Positions 12,288 to 24,570 of a DNA stretch of 53,714 bases are shown piece by piece. Location of the stretch: positions 1-53,714 of the forward strand of contig NIVC01004238.1 in the NCBI GenBank assembly GCA_002269645.1. The letters are read 5' to 3'. This DNA comes from Macrostomum lignano. Its lineage: Eukaryota. Numbering within the stretch: position 1 is the first letter of the stretch; the number at the start of each line of letters is the position of its first letter. The position numbers and the translations under genes are program-made. Under the pieces are notes generated by a model. That model saw only the letters and a list, made by a program, of their open reading frames with translations. It was not told where the DNA came from and did not search any database.

Positions 12288-12680
12288 GATTACAGGTAAC
12301 AGCTAAAGAGACAGAAGATTAAAGGTAGAGAGATAGGGTTTACAGCTGTAGAGAGATTAGGATAACAGGCAGAGAGATTGGAATTACAGGTAGGATTGAG
12401 ATTGCAGGTAAAGAGATTTGTATTACAGGTAGAGAGATTGGGATTACAGGTAGAGATTGGGATTACACGTAGAGAGATTGAGATCACGGGTAGAGATTGG
12501 AATTAAAGATAGCATTGAGATTACAGGAAGCGATTGAGATTAAAGGTAGAGAGATTTGTGTTACAGGTAGAGAGATTAGGATTACAGGTAGAGAGATTGG
12601 GATTACAGGTAGAAAGGTTGGGATTACAGGTAGAGACATGGAACTACAGGAAGAAATGTGGGATTACAGGTAGAGACGTA
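12288..12680. repeat. Degenerate minisatellite, ~21-23 bp (GTAGAGAGATTGGGATTACAG)
   Basis: Recurring ATTACAGGTAGAGAGATTGGG units. Confidence 0.85.
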
Positions 12681-13119
12681 AGGAATCAGAATTCAATAAG
12701 AGACAGGTTGGAATCGAATAAAAAAGAGCAATGATGATGCAATAAAATTCGCCAGCTAGGAATGAGTTCAATCTAGCCAGTAAATTTTATTTGTAATAAT
12801 CTGACAATCCTGCTAAGGTTAACGAGTTCGACAAGGGCTGCCCTACGAACACGAACTGATAACAATTTAAAACAGAATAACCAAATTTGGAGCTGTACAG
12901 GCATAGCAACTGATCTGAGGACAAGTGCGCTTTTAAACAACCTCTTCATCTCTCCGCTCGTTGAGAAGTGAAAAGTCAAATATTATTTTGGGCAATATAA
13001 GGAGGAACACAGCTTTAATAAACTGTAATCTACGGTAGAGCAAAAGGCAATAATAGGAGTTGAAGCTTGGCTACACAAACTCGAAGATAGAAATGTAATT
13101 TTAGTGATAGTTGCATAGT

Positions 13120-13865
13120 GTACATTTGGGGCAGGGGTTGCTTTTTAACTGCAAAGAGTGTAAATGTACATCGAGGCAGGGGTTGATTTTTAACTGCATA
13201 GAGTGTACAACGGGGCAGGGTTTGACTTTTAACCGCATAGAGTGTACAACGGGGCAGGGGTTGACTTTTAACTGCATAGAGTGTACAACGGGGCAGGGTT
13301 TGACTTTTAACCGCATAGAGTGTACAACGGGGCAGGGGTTGACTTTTAACTGCATGGAGTGTACAACGGGGCAGGGGTTGACTTTTAACTGCATAGACTG
13401 TACAACGGGGCAGGGTTTGACTTTTAACTGCATAGAGTGTACAACGGGGCAGGGTTTGACTTTTAACCGCATAGAGTGTACAACGGGGCAGGGGTTGACT
13501 TTTAACTGCATGGAGTGTACAACGGGGCAGGGGTTGACTTTTAACTGCATAGAGTGTACAACGGGGCAGGGTTTGACTTTTAACTGCATGGAGTGTACAA
13601 CAGGGCAGGGTTTGACTTTTAACTGCATAGACTGTACAACGGGGCAGGGGTTGACTTTTAACTGCATAGACTGTACAACGGGGCAGGGGTTGACTTTTAA
13701 CTGCATAGAGTGTACATTGGGGCATATGTTGATTTTTAACTGTATATAGTGTGCATTGGGGACAGGAGTTGATTTTTAAATGCAGTGTGTACATCAGGGT
13801 AGGGGTTAATTTTTAACTGCTTAGTGTGTACATCGCGGGGAAGGGGTTGATTGCGAGTGAATGTA
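13120..13865. repeat. Minisatellite, 39 bp (GAGTGTACAACGGGGCAGGGGTTGACTTTTAACTGCATA), about 19 copies
   Basis: Direct tandem repetition, degenerate at both ends. Confidence 0.95.
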
Positions 13866-14444
13866 CATCAGAAGAAATTGGACAGAAGCCGCAGCTCAAA
13901 TGCTCATTAATTAAAAAAGATTTTGCTTTATCTGATATTGGTGTAAACTTGATGCCTGTAATTTTGGGTGTTCTTTTCAAATTGTGTAATTAGCAAGACA
14001 GACAGACACAAATACGATTTATAGATCATGCAATATGCGCAAAAGTCTATGCGCTTTAATAACGAGTTTATTGTTTGTATTATAAAATTATGTCTATACG
14101 GGTACGAATATAGAAATTTAGATAGACTGAACAACACTCAATTTTTTGGGCATTTAACAACTGGTCACTTGTAGGACGATGTTAGTTATGAAATCTTGCA
14201 TATTGAAGCTTTTAAACCTGTCTCCTCGTTGGTACACTATAAAAGTGCAAAGACTGTCTCAGATAGAAAACACTTTATTTGCCAAAAGCAAACTTGAAGC
14301 GAGTAAATAATGGATTGGGATCTAGACAAATAAGATCCGCAGGAAAATTAACTGCACCCAGCTTCCGTGCTTTTGTTTGCACTGAATTCTAAACCGCGAG
14401 AATAATTGAACATCTTATTCTACATGTAGCCCAGATGCGCCGTT

Positions 14445-14940
14445 AGATTGGGAATTATTCAGGCTCTACTTCAGGCCCTCAGATTGGGGAATATTCACCC
14501 TCTGCTTCAGGCCCTCAGATTGGGAGATTCAGGCTCTACTTCAGGCCCTCAGATTGGGATATTCAGCCTCGTTTCAGGCCCTCAGATTGGGATTCACCCT
14601 TTACTTCAGGCCCTCAGATCGGAATATTCACCCTTTACTTCAGGCCCTCAGATCGGAATATTCACCCTTTACTTCAGGCCCTCAGATCGGAATATTCACC
14701 CTTTACTTCAGGCCCTCAGATTGGGATATTCACCCTCCACTTCAGGCCCTCAGATGGGATATTCACCCTCCACTTCAGGCCCTCAGATGGGATATTCACC
14801 CTCCACTTCAGGCCCTCAGATTGGGATATTCACCCCACTTCAGGCCCTCAGATTGGGATATTCACCCTCCACTTCAGGCCCTCAGATTGGGATATTCACC
14901 CTCCACTTCAGGCCCTCAGATGGGATATTCAGCCTCTACC
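14445..14940. repeat. Minisatellite, 33-34 bp (CTTCAGGCCCTCAGATTGGGATATTCACCCTCCA)
   Basis: Direct tandem repetition just downstream of VPS25. Confidence 0.95.
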
Positions 14941-15007
14941 TCCTCAATAATTCTTAGATAGAGCTAATCAATGATAACAAATTTAAAGAGACGACAAAAT
15001 AACTCTG

Positions 15008-15547
15008 TCACAGAAACTTAACACCTTCGTGACTGTCAAACATCAGAATGGCGGCTTGGCCATTCTTTTCAAGATGCTTCAATGCCAACAGCAAAACGTC
15101 CTTATCCAATCCGTGAAACGGTTGATCGGCACTGTCATCTCCATCAGTGAGCTCGTACAGAGTACAAACGGTGTTCACAAGGCCTCGATCTTTAGCGTAA
15201 CTATAAACCAACGCCGCCCACTGTTCAGTTGTTCGCCAGACTATTTTACAGCTTTTCTTATCTCGATCGAGCCATTCTAAATTGCCGCGCAATTTCAAAT
15301 CGGCCAGAATAGCATCGAGAAATGGGCGATTGATTCGCCGATTGATTCGTTTATTGTGAAACAGCGGACTGGAGGCCAGGGCTTCGTTAATGTCCAAAGT
15401 GTGCAGCTGTCTGTGCTTGCAATACGCCAGAATGAGGCTGCACCATTGGTCCAGCTGTTTGCGTCGCGTCTCAGCGTTTGGTTGCAGCGTGAAAAATGGC
15501 GGGAATTCAAATACGGCTGGCCAAGCGAAATCCGCTCCGCTGGACAT
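15008..15547 (-). CDS. VPS25: ESCRT-II subunit VPS25 (179 aa), intronless
   Basis: Diagnostic N-terminus FAWPAVFEFPPFFTLQPNAETRRKQLDQWCSLIL, then PLFHNKRINRR, IVWRTTEQWA, TVCTLYEL and a C-terminal GVKF. Confidence 0.97.
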   Translation of the reverse strand: MSSGADFAWPAVFEFPPFFTLQPNAETRRKQLDQWCSLILAYCKHRQLHTLDINEALASSPLFHNKRINRRINRPFLDAILADLKLRGNLEWLDRDKKSCKIVWRTTEQWAALVYSYAKDRGLVNTVCTLYELTDGDDSADQPFHGLDKDVLLLALKHLEKNGQAAILMFDSHEGVKFL

Positions 15548-15634
15548 TGTTGTCTGCGGGGTTTATTGTTGCTGGTGTGGCTAACACAGATAGCGGGTAA
15601 ATAATTCATTGTGGCCTGTGCAAAACCTGCTTTT

Positions 15635-16090
15635 ATGGATGGGGAACTTTTATTAGGGATTAGGCATTTTTAGGTGGATGATGGGAATCTTTAGTTGAGG
15701 ATGGGAATCTTTTAGTTGAGTGTGGGAATCTTTTAGTCGAGGGTGGGAATCTTTTAGTTGAGGATGAGAATCTTTTAGTTGAGGATGAGAATCTTTTAGT
15801 TGAGGATGGGAATCTTTCAGTTGAGCATAGGGATCTTTTAGTGGAGGATGGGGATATTTTATTGGAGATTAGGATTTTTTAGTTGAGGTTGGGAATCTTT
15901 TGGTGGAGATTAGGATTTTTTAGTTGAGGATGGGGATCTTTTAGTTGAGGATGGGAATATTTTAGTGGAGATTGGGATCTTTTAGTTGAGAATGGGAATC
16001 TTTTAGTTGAGGATGGGAATAATTTAGTTGAGGATGGGAATCTTTTAGTTGAAGATGGGAATCTTATAGTTGATGATGGGATCTTTTTAA
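15635..16090. repeat. Minisatellite, 21 bp (GGGAATCTTTTAGTTGAGGAT)
   Basis: Tandem repetition starting ~90 bp upstream of the VPS25 ATG. Confidence 0.93.
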
Positions 16091-17137
16091 TGGAGAATTA
16101 AAATTGCTAGACTAATTAAAAGTTGTTAAACGTGTTCAGATAGATAAAACAATTAATGTACAGTTAATGCACATTAAAAGTACATTATGTAGGAAAATTC
16201 GGGTACTCAGTTATAACACAGATCATTTTACCCAGCATATATTTGATTGGTATAGTTTAAGAATAGGCTAAAAAGTATAAATAGAGTTAGAAAAAAATAC
16301 TATTTACTGTATAAATATATAGTGCAGATTAGCTAGGATACATCAGCAAGTTTTTAAAAATAGCATCCTGACAATCAGCAGAAAAGGTAAGAAAATGAGT
16401 TTAAAAAATTCACTCAAACAGAAAGTAAATGTACGAGCATAAGGAAAATATTTTTTTATAAAACTCCTAAACCGATAGAAGATGAGATCGAAACAAACAA
16501 ATAAACAATACGTTTTCATATTTAATTTAATTGACACATTCAGATTAATCATAGGTGGCATGCTTGATAGCACAAGAAAAATTTAATGAAAATATAATTA
16601 TTAATGCTCATAATTGAAACGCCAATGCTAACAGAATGCTAAGTTGATTAAGAATTGTTAATACTTTGATAGCACTCATACACACGCTCACACGGGGTGT
16701 ACACTGAAAAGAAAATAATAGTATCAAATAAACTGTGTTTAAATTGCAGATACAGAGGAGAAGAAAGTGGGCGCAGGGCCAAAACCGACGTATTTATAGC
16801 ACTTTAACTTAGGTCTTAGGGGGTTGAATGCTGGTAATAAAGAGAGGGGTGGAGTGCGCGACTGAAGAGAGAGGCGAGAACGGAGAGCCAATCAGAAGGC
16901 GGCGAGGGAGAGAGAGATAAGAAGAATAACAAGATTGAACGAGACAGAGAGAGCGAAAACAGAGTAAACAGAGACAAGTGAAGGTGAACTAAAGAAATGG
17001 CTAGGAAAGTCGCGATATACACACAGCGGTCCTGACTGTCTAATCATCAGACGTACCCTCTTGGGGGGGGGGGGGCTAGTCGAAGCACATCCAATCAAAC
17101 TTCAAAGTTTAAAGTTAATCTTCAACGCGACAAAGTA

Positions 17138-17760
17138 TACTCAGCAACAGTCAAAAGTTCCACCCCACTAAGCGAGATGATTTTTTCACTTATTGCGAGT
17201 GACGCAACCTACGGCACGCGCAAAGCTTATTGCCGCTTGGGGTTGGCTTGGGTCTGCCTAATGGTCCAGGCCTGGACATTAAGCAGACCCAAGCCCAGGA
17301 ACAACGCCCCGCCACACCATGCCGATGCTGGTAGTCAACTGAAGGAACAGCTACAGCTGCGCACCCTGCGCTGGCCTTCCCGGTCCCCAGACATGGATCC
17401 CATCGAGCATGCCTGGGACATCCTAAAACGTAGCATTCGAAAAGAGAATCCACCATAGAATGTTGCGGAGAGCTCTGCGTCATGCCATTGAAAACGCTTT
17501 GGAGCAGCTCCCTCGGGACTTTCTGCGCTGCCTCATCCTTGAGATGCCCCGCAGAGTCGTCGCAACTTCTGCGTGCGAGGGGATCCCACACGCATCGCGA
17601 TTCTAACTGAAATCGCACAAAATCAAAAATTTATGATTTTGTGCGATATTCAATCAACTTTCCCTTCCTCGCGGCGGCTTAGTTGCGTAACTTGAGGATT
17701 GAATTGTGAGTGTGAAGTTTTCGCAATTTGGAGGGTGGAAATTTTGACTGTTGCTGAGTA
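17138..17760 (+). mobile_element. Tc1-family internal-deletion derivative retaining the degenerate DDE C-terminus
   Basis: TIRs TACTCAGCAACAGTCAAAAGTTCCACCC / GGGTGGAAATTTTGACTGTTGCTGAGTA (1 mismatch), with TA at 17136-37 and 17761-62. Translation NNAPPH...LRWPSRSPDMDPIEHAWDILKR...LILEMPRRV matches the Tc1 DDE_3 motif. Carries stops and frameshifts. Confidence 0.92.
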
Positions 17761-17793
17761 TAAATACAATAAAATCAAGTTGGTGTTGATAAA

Positions 17794-20700
17794 CTACGGA
17801 CCATAGTAAGGCGGCGGAGCGCTAGCATTCAGCATTGGCGCCGCTAGCATAGGGTCGAATGCAGGCGGGCCAACCAGCTGCTGCTGCGGCTGCTGCAGCA
17901 CTGGCTGCGACCGCTCCACAGGTGGTCCAGCTTTGATGCCGCGCTTTCTCATCCACTGGCAGAGCTGGTCCGGAAGCTCTTCCAGCACAGCTTTAGTCAA
18001 CGCCGACTTCGACAATTCGTTAGGATTATCAGCCCGGAAAAAGTCTCTAAGCGGTACAAACTGTACAATGTCAGCTTCGGCAATCATGCCGCCAATCTGC
18101 AGGCGCTTATTATCAGCGTCCAACTCTTCCATGGCGCTGAAGTCTTCACGACCGACGCCAACTATGATGATTGACATTGGCAGTCGGCTGGCTTCGATAA
18201 TGCTTAATTTAGTCTCGTAGAAATCCGTGATTATACCGTCCGTGATTATCAATAGTACAAAGTATTGCTTGCCAGACTGGTTGGCCTGGGCCAACTGCAT
18301 CACGTGACGGATTATCGGAGAGAAATTCGTGGGGCCGTACAGGGTGACGGAGCGAAGGCACGACCTGTCAATTATTTTATTTATGGTTATGTTGATATGC
18401 TATATGTTAAATCGCATGTTAAGTTTAAGAAAGAAAATAGCTTTTGCAACAACCTGCGTTAAAGCAGCTGGTAGAAATGGGTTTAACATCATTTAACTAT
18501 CTGGTAGAAGGGCCTTAGCAACCAGCTGAAGGATCTGGTGGAAGGGCCTTAGCAACCAGCTGAAGGATCTGGTAGAAGGGCCTTAGCAACTACTGAAAGG
18601 ATCTGATAGAAGGGCCTTAGCAACTACTGAAAGGATCTGGTAGAAGGGCCTTAGCAACCCATTAAATGATTTGGTAGAAGGGCCTTGTCGCCTTAGCAAC
18701 CAGCTAAAGGATCTCGTAGGAAGTCTCTCAATGACTTTTAGAACCCATATACTATAAAAAGGGTCTAAATCTAGATACATTTCGATAGAAATTGCTCAGC
18801 AACCGCTAAAAAAGATTCGCCCAACCTGTAGGCTTGCAGAAGTCCAGCCAGCCCCGCACAGTAGGGGTTCGAATCGTTAAACGTGAGCGGAAAGCAGTGG
18901 TTCACGTCGCCTCTAGGCGGAACTCTAGCACCAAATCCGAAAGACGGAAACGCCCGCCTGAAGTCGTAGTCTTGCACAATTTCTCCAACAGAAGTGATTG
19001 CCAACTCATATTGGTTCAGCCGGCCGCTCGGATCGATGTAGTGCAGAGACTGCGGCGTTGCAGGATTACCATTCGAGGCTGTGAAATCGATGCCAACAGT
19101 GAACAGAAGCTCGCAGCCACCTTGAATGTAATCAACAAAGCTGTCCTCAATGAGGAGCTCCAAGCGGTTGAACACTAAATAACCGGCTGGCTTTTTGCGA
19201 CGTGAGAGCAGCTGGAATCTGGCGCCAGCGCCTGAGGTGGCGCCCTGGAAAATAGCGGACGCTAGAGTTTATCGCTATTAATTGCTTCATCAGATAAGGG
19301 ATTGGGATAAGGATGAATGGGATTTGAGTTTTGTAAAAATGAGGAGTCAGTATCAGTATATAAAGATTAATAAGGTCAAGGATTTCAGATTGGGGATAAA
19401 TGGGGATTACAGATTAGGGATAAATGGGGATTTCACATTGGGGATAAAATGGGATTTCAGATTGGGGATAAATGGGGATTTCACATTGGGGATAAATGGG
19501 GATTTCACATTGGGGATAAAATGGGATTTCACATTGGGGATAAATGGGGATAAATTGGAATTTCAGATTAGAGATAAAATGGGGATTTAAGATTGCGGGA
19601 AATTGGGACTTTAGATCTCGGATGAAATGGGGATTTCAAATTCGGAATAAATTAAGGATTTTAGATTATGGCTAAATGGGGATTACAGATTGGGGATAAA
19701 TGGGGATTTCAGATTAAGAATAAATGGGGATTTTAGATTGGGGATACAGTGGGATTACAGATTGAGGATAAATAGGGATTTCAGATTGGGGATAAATTGG
19801 GATGTCAGATTAAAGATAAAATGGCGATTTCAGATTGGGGGAAATTGGGGACTTCAGATCTGGGATAAAATAGGGGATCGCAGATTGGGAATAAACTGGA
19901 GAGTTCAGATTGGGGATAAATGAGGATTTCAGATTGGGGGAAATTGGGGACTTTAGATCTCGGATGATATGGGGATTTCAGATTGGGGATAAATGAGCAT
20001 TTCAGATTGGGGATAAATGAGCATTTCAGATTGGGGATAAATGGCGTGATTGAGGATAAATGTGACGTTAAAGCTGGAACTGAAAACATTCGAAAGACTG
20101 TGGATTTCAGTGGGAAATTATAGGTTAAATTCTGAGTGAAAGGACTTTCAATAAAAACGAATAGAAATCTGACAGACTCACTCTCGAGTTGGAATTTTCA
20201 TATTCACGCAGAATGTCCGCAACGGAAGCGTAAAAAGTGCCAATATGCGAGTGCTTCATTCGCTTGTTCCAATCGATGCAGTCCCAGCGTAGTATAAGGC
20301 TCTTATTGCCGTTGCACATCTGGGATAGCTTGAGCTGGGTGGGCTGCCAAGTTGGGTTCAGGTTTTTCCGAACCACCGCCGATCTGTCGAGGGATTTAAA
20401 TTAAAAAAATTACTAAACACTTACCACACTACTTTAACTAACTGCATTATTGTAGCTAAACATAAATTAGGAATTATCGGTGATGTAAGTTTCTAAAAAT
20501 AGTATGGAATTCCCTGTAAGCGAAGTAGCCAAAATTAGCAAAGTGATATTCCCCAGCAAAGATTGTATCTAAAATTAGCACGGAATTCTCTGGAAGCGAG
20601 GTTAGATAAAATTAGCGAATTTGAAAATCTGGTCACGTCAGTTTCTAAAAATAGCACGAAATTCTCTGGTGACGTCAGTTTCTAAAAAAGCACGGAATTC

Positions 20701-23700
20701 TCTGGAAGCGAGGTTAGATAAAATTAGAGATCTGGAAATCCCTGGTGACGCCAGTTTCTAAAAATAGCACGGAATTCTCTGGAAGCGAGGTTAAATAAAA
20801 TTAGCGAATTGAAAATCCCGATGACGCCAATTTCTAAAAATAGCATCGAATTGACCTTCTCAGTGACAATAAAAGATCGAAAATAGGATAAAGCGCCATT
20901 GAAAACAGAATAGGAATTCTCTTAAAGTGATTTCTAAGAAAAGCAACTTACTATGCTATTCCCTGTTTTGAAGAGTAAAAGCTTTGCTTTTACGCGCAAA
21001 GCTTTTACGCGCATGCGAATGACTTCACCACCTGCTTTTATTTTTAGCACAGAAAAAAGCCCGCAACTGAATCACGCGCCTCGTGGATGCCAAAACAACC
21101 TTATTTGGCATTTGGCCTTGAATCACGCCACTCTTGCACGATTTTCAGGCCCATTTAAAGACTTTTCCCACGCGTGACTGAATGCAGCCGAATTCGCTTA
21201 TGACTATTCCCCCTAGCTTGACACATTAGGAGAAAGCGTGTTTAATCATAATCAATACTCACCTGTATACTAAAGTCCATTGCGCTCTGAGCAAGTCAGA
21301 TGAACTGGAATCAACGACTGGCGTTAACGGTTTCGACACTTCAAAATATGGATCAGATTTTCCTAGAAAATCTTTCTTATCCAACTGGCTGCCGCACAAT
21401 TGCATTTGCAATATCTCTTTGCAATGCTGCAGTTCTATGCAAGTAATAATTATTGTCGAATCTCGTCTGGGCGACTTTGCCAGCGGAGCTTCCACTCGCC
21501 TCCGACTGACCAGTTCGCCAATTGTGGACTCAAATTGGCCAAGAAAGTCGTGATCGCTTAGTTGAGTGCTGTGAGAATCGATGTCGTATAGGCAGAACAT
21601 TACCTGCGATATAGTAGACGGGAATGGATGCGAACTCTAGGGGGTGTGCATGGTTGGACTATAGGATTCTACAATGAGACAATGGGATTCTAGAATGGGA
21701 CAATGGGATTCTACAATGAGACTATAGGATTCTACAATGAGACTATAGGATTCTACAATGAGACAATGGGATTCTACAATGAGACAATGGGATTCTACAA
21801 TGGGACAATGGGATTCTACAATGAGACAATGGGATTCTACAATGAGACAATGGGATTCTACAATGAGACAATGGGATTCTACAATGAGACAATGGGATTC
21901 TACAATGAAACAATGGGATTCTACAATGGGACAATGGGATTCTAGAATGAGACAATGGGATTCTACAATGAGACAATGGGATTCTACAATGAAACAATGG
22001 GATTCTACAATGGGACAATGGGATTCTAGAATGAGACAATGGGATTCTACAATGAGACAATGGGATTCTACAATGAGACAATGGGATTCTACAATGAGAC
22101 AATGGGATTCTACAATGAGACAATGGGATTCTACAATGAGACAATAGGATTCTACCCTGAGACAATGAGATTCTACAATGAGACAATGGGATTCTACAAT
22201 GAGACAATGGGATTCTACAATGAGACAATGGGATTCTACAATGAGACAATGAGATCTACAATGGGATTCTACAATGAGACAATGGGATTCTACAATGAGA
22301 CAATGAGATCTACAATGGGATTCTACAATGAGACAATGGGATTCTACAATGAGACAATGAGATTCTACAATGAGACAATGGGATTCTACAATGAGACAAT
22401 GGGATTCTACAATGAGACAATGGGATTCTAAAATGAGACAATAGGATTCTACAATGAGACAATGGGATTCTACAATGAGACAATGGGATTCTACAATGAG
22501 ACAATGGGATTCTACAATGAGACAATGGGATTCTAAAATGAGACAATGGGATTCTACAATGAGACAATGGGATTCTACAATGAGACAATGGGATTCTACA
22601 ATGAGACAATGGGATTCTACAATGAGACAATGGGATTCTACAATGAGACAATGGGATTCTAAAATGAGACAATGGGATTCTACAATGAGACAATGGGATT
22701 CTACAATGAGACAATGGGATTCTACAATGAGACAATGGGATTCTACAATGAGACAATGGGATTCTACAATGAGACAATGGGATTCTACAATGAGACAATG
22801 GGATTCTACAATGAGACAATGGGATTCTACAATGAGACAATGGGATTCTAAACTGAGACAATGGGATTCTACAATGAGACAATGGGATTCTACAATGAGA
22901 CAATGGGATTCTACAATGAGACAATGGGATTCTACAATGAGACAATGGGATTCTACAATGAGACAATGGGATTCTGCAATGAGACAATGGGATTCTACAA
23001 TGAGACAATGGGATTCTACAATGAGACAATGGGATTCTGCAATGAGACAATGGGATTCTACAATGAGACAATGGGATTCTAGAATGAGACAATGGGATTC
23101 TACAATGAGACAATGGGATTCTAAAATGAGACAATGGGATTCTACAATGAGACAATGGGATTCTACAATGAGACAATGGGATTCTACAATGAGACAATGG
23201 GATTCTAAAATGAGACAATGGGATTCTACAATGAGACAATGGGATTCTACAATAAGACAATGGGATTCTAAAATGAGACAATGGGATTCTACAATGAGAC
23301 AATGGGATTCTACAATGAGACAATGGGATTCTACAATGAGACAATGGGATTCTACAATGAGACAATGGGATTCTAAAATGAGACAATGGGATTCTACAAT
23401 GAGACAATGGGATTCTACAATGAGACAATGGGATTCTACAATGAGACAATGGGATTCTACAATGAGACAATGGGATTCTAAAATGAGACAATGGGATTCT
23501 AAAATGAGACAATGGGATTCTACAATGAGACAATGGGATTCTACAATGAGACAATGGGATTCTACAATGAGACAATGGGATTCTACAATGAGACAATGGG
23601 ATTCTACAATGAGACAATGGGATTCTACAATGAGACAATGGGATTCTACAATGAGACAATGGGATTCTACAATGAGACAATGGGATTCTACAATGAGACA

Positions 23701-24570
23701 ATGGGATTCTACAATGAGACAATGGGATTCTACAATGAGACAATGGGATTCTACAATGAGACAATGGAGTACAATGAGACAATGGGATTCTACAATGAGA
23801 CAATGGGATTCTACAATGAGACAATGGGATTCTACAATGAGACAATGGGATTCTAAAATGAGACAATAGGATTCTACAATGAGACAATGGGATTCTACAA
23901 TGAGACAATGGGATTCTAAAATGAGACAATGGGATTCTACAATGAGACAATGGGATTCTACAATGAGACAATGGGATTCTACAATGAGACAATGGGATTC
24001 TACAATGAGACAATGGGATTCTACAATGAGACAATGGGATTCTACAATGAGACAATGGGATTCTACAATGAGACAATGGGATTCTACAATGAGACAATGG
24101 GATTCTACAATGAGACAATGGGATTCTACAATGAGACAATGGGATTCTACAATGAGACAATGGGATTCTACAATGAGACAATGGGATTCTACAATGAGAC
24201 AATGGGATTCTACAATGAGACAATGGGATTCTAAAATTAAACAAAGGGATTCTACAATGAGACAATGGGATTCTACAATGAGACAATTGGATAGAGAGCT
24301 GCACAAACAAAACTCAATGCTAACCTTCTGATGCTCCTCAAAGTGAAAGTCAACAACAAATTTGTGCTGAAAATCTGGATTCAATGTATCCTTGAGCATT
24401 TCTGTTCGGTCCTGTTCCCTGTAGTTTCTGGTGCCAGGTGGGCACATCATTAGGACACACATTGGGTCAGATTTGGAGGTCAAGTCCATGTCAGCCAGTT
24501 TGCGACAGGCCACACTTATTTCAACTCTGCTGACAAGACCCTGCTGTCCAAGGCCAGGGGCCATTGCCAT
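17794..24570 (-). CDS. CPNE: Copine (C2A-C2B-vWA), 592 aa; exons 24570-24325, 21603-21263, 20383-20182, 19244-18826, 18364-17794
   Basis: All four GT-AG introns join in phase, giving 1779 nt. Motifs: [21 protein letters not shown]...[31 protein letters not shown]...[47 protein letters not shown]. Paralogue identity is not assignable. Confidence 0.96.
18495..18720. repeat. Copine intron 4 minisatellite, 34-35 bp (GGTAGAAGGGCCTTAGCAACCAGCTGAAGGATCT), about 6 copies
   Basis: Direct tandem repetition. Confidence 0.92.
19380..20060. repeat. Copine intron 3 minisatellite, ~24 bp (CAGATTGGGGATAAATGGGGATTT)
   Basis: Degenerate tandem repetition. Confidence 0.92.
20470..20850. repeat. Copine intron 2 degenerate repeat containing TGACG(T/C)CA-N4-CTAAAAATAG modules
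   Basis: Recurring GTTTCTAAAAATAGCACGGAATTCTCTGGAAGCGAGGTTAGATAAAATTAG blocks. Confidence 0.8.
21655..24290. repeat. Copine intron 1 minisatellite, 21 bp (GGGATTCTACAATGAGACAAT), about 125 copies
   Basis: About 2.6 kb of highly homogeneous tandem units filling intron 24324-21604. Confidence 0.98.

Noticed and set aside
11168-13865. GGGCAGGG (Jeffreys/Chi-like minisatellite core) in the 22-bp and 39-bp arrays
   Set aside because: It is a short G-rich match expected by chance, and no link to recombination can be drawn from the sequence alone.
16667-17049. Solo LTR (TG...CA ends, TATA and CCAAT on the minus strand)
   Set aside because: No target-site duplication, PBS or PPT could be found, so the boundaries are arbitrary.
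10244-24290. Tandem arrays as CRISPR loci
   Set aside because: Units are head-to-tail with no unique spacers, there are no cas genes, and the DNA is eukaryotic with spliceosomal introns.
21655-24310. Long ORFs (666 aa, 471 aa and others) in the 21-bp array as independent genes
   Set aside because: They are pure repeat read-through inside a well-supported intron. Only the exon-1-contiguous frame is kept, as a hypothesis.
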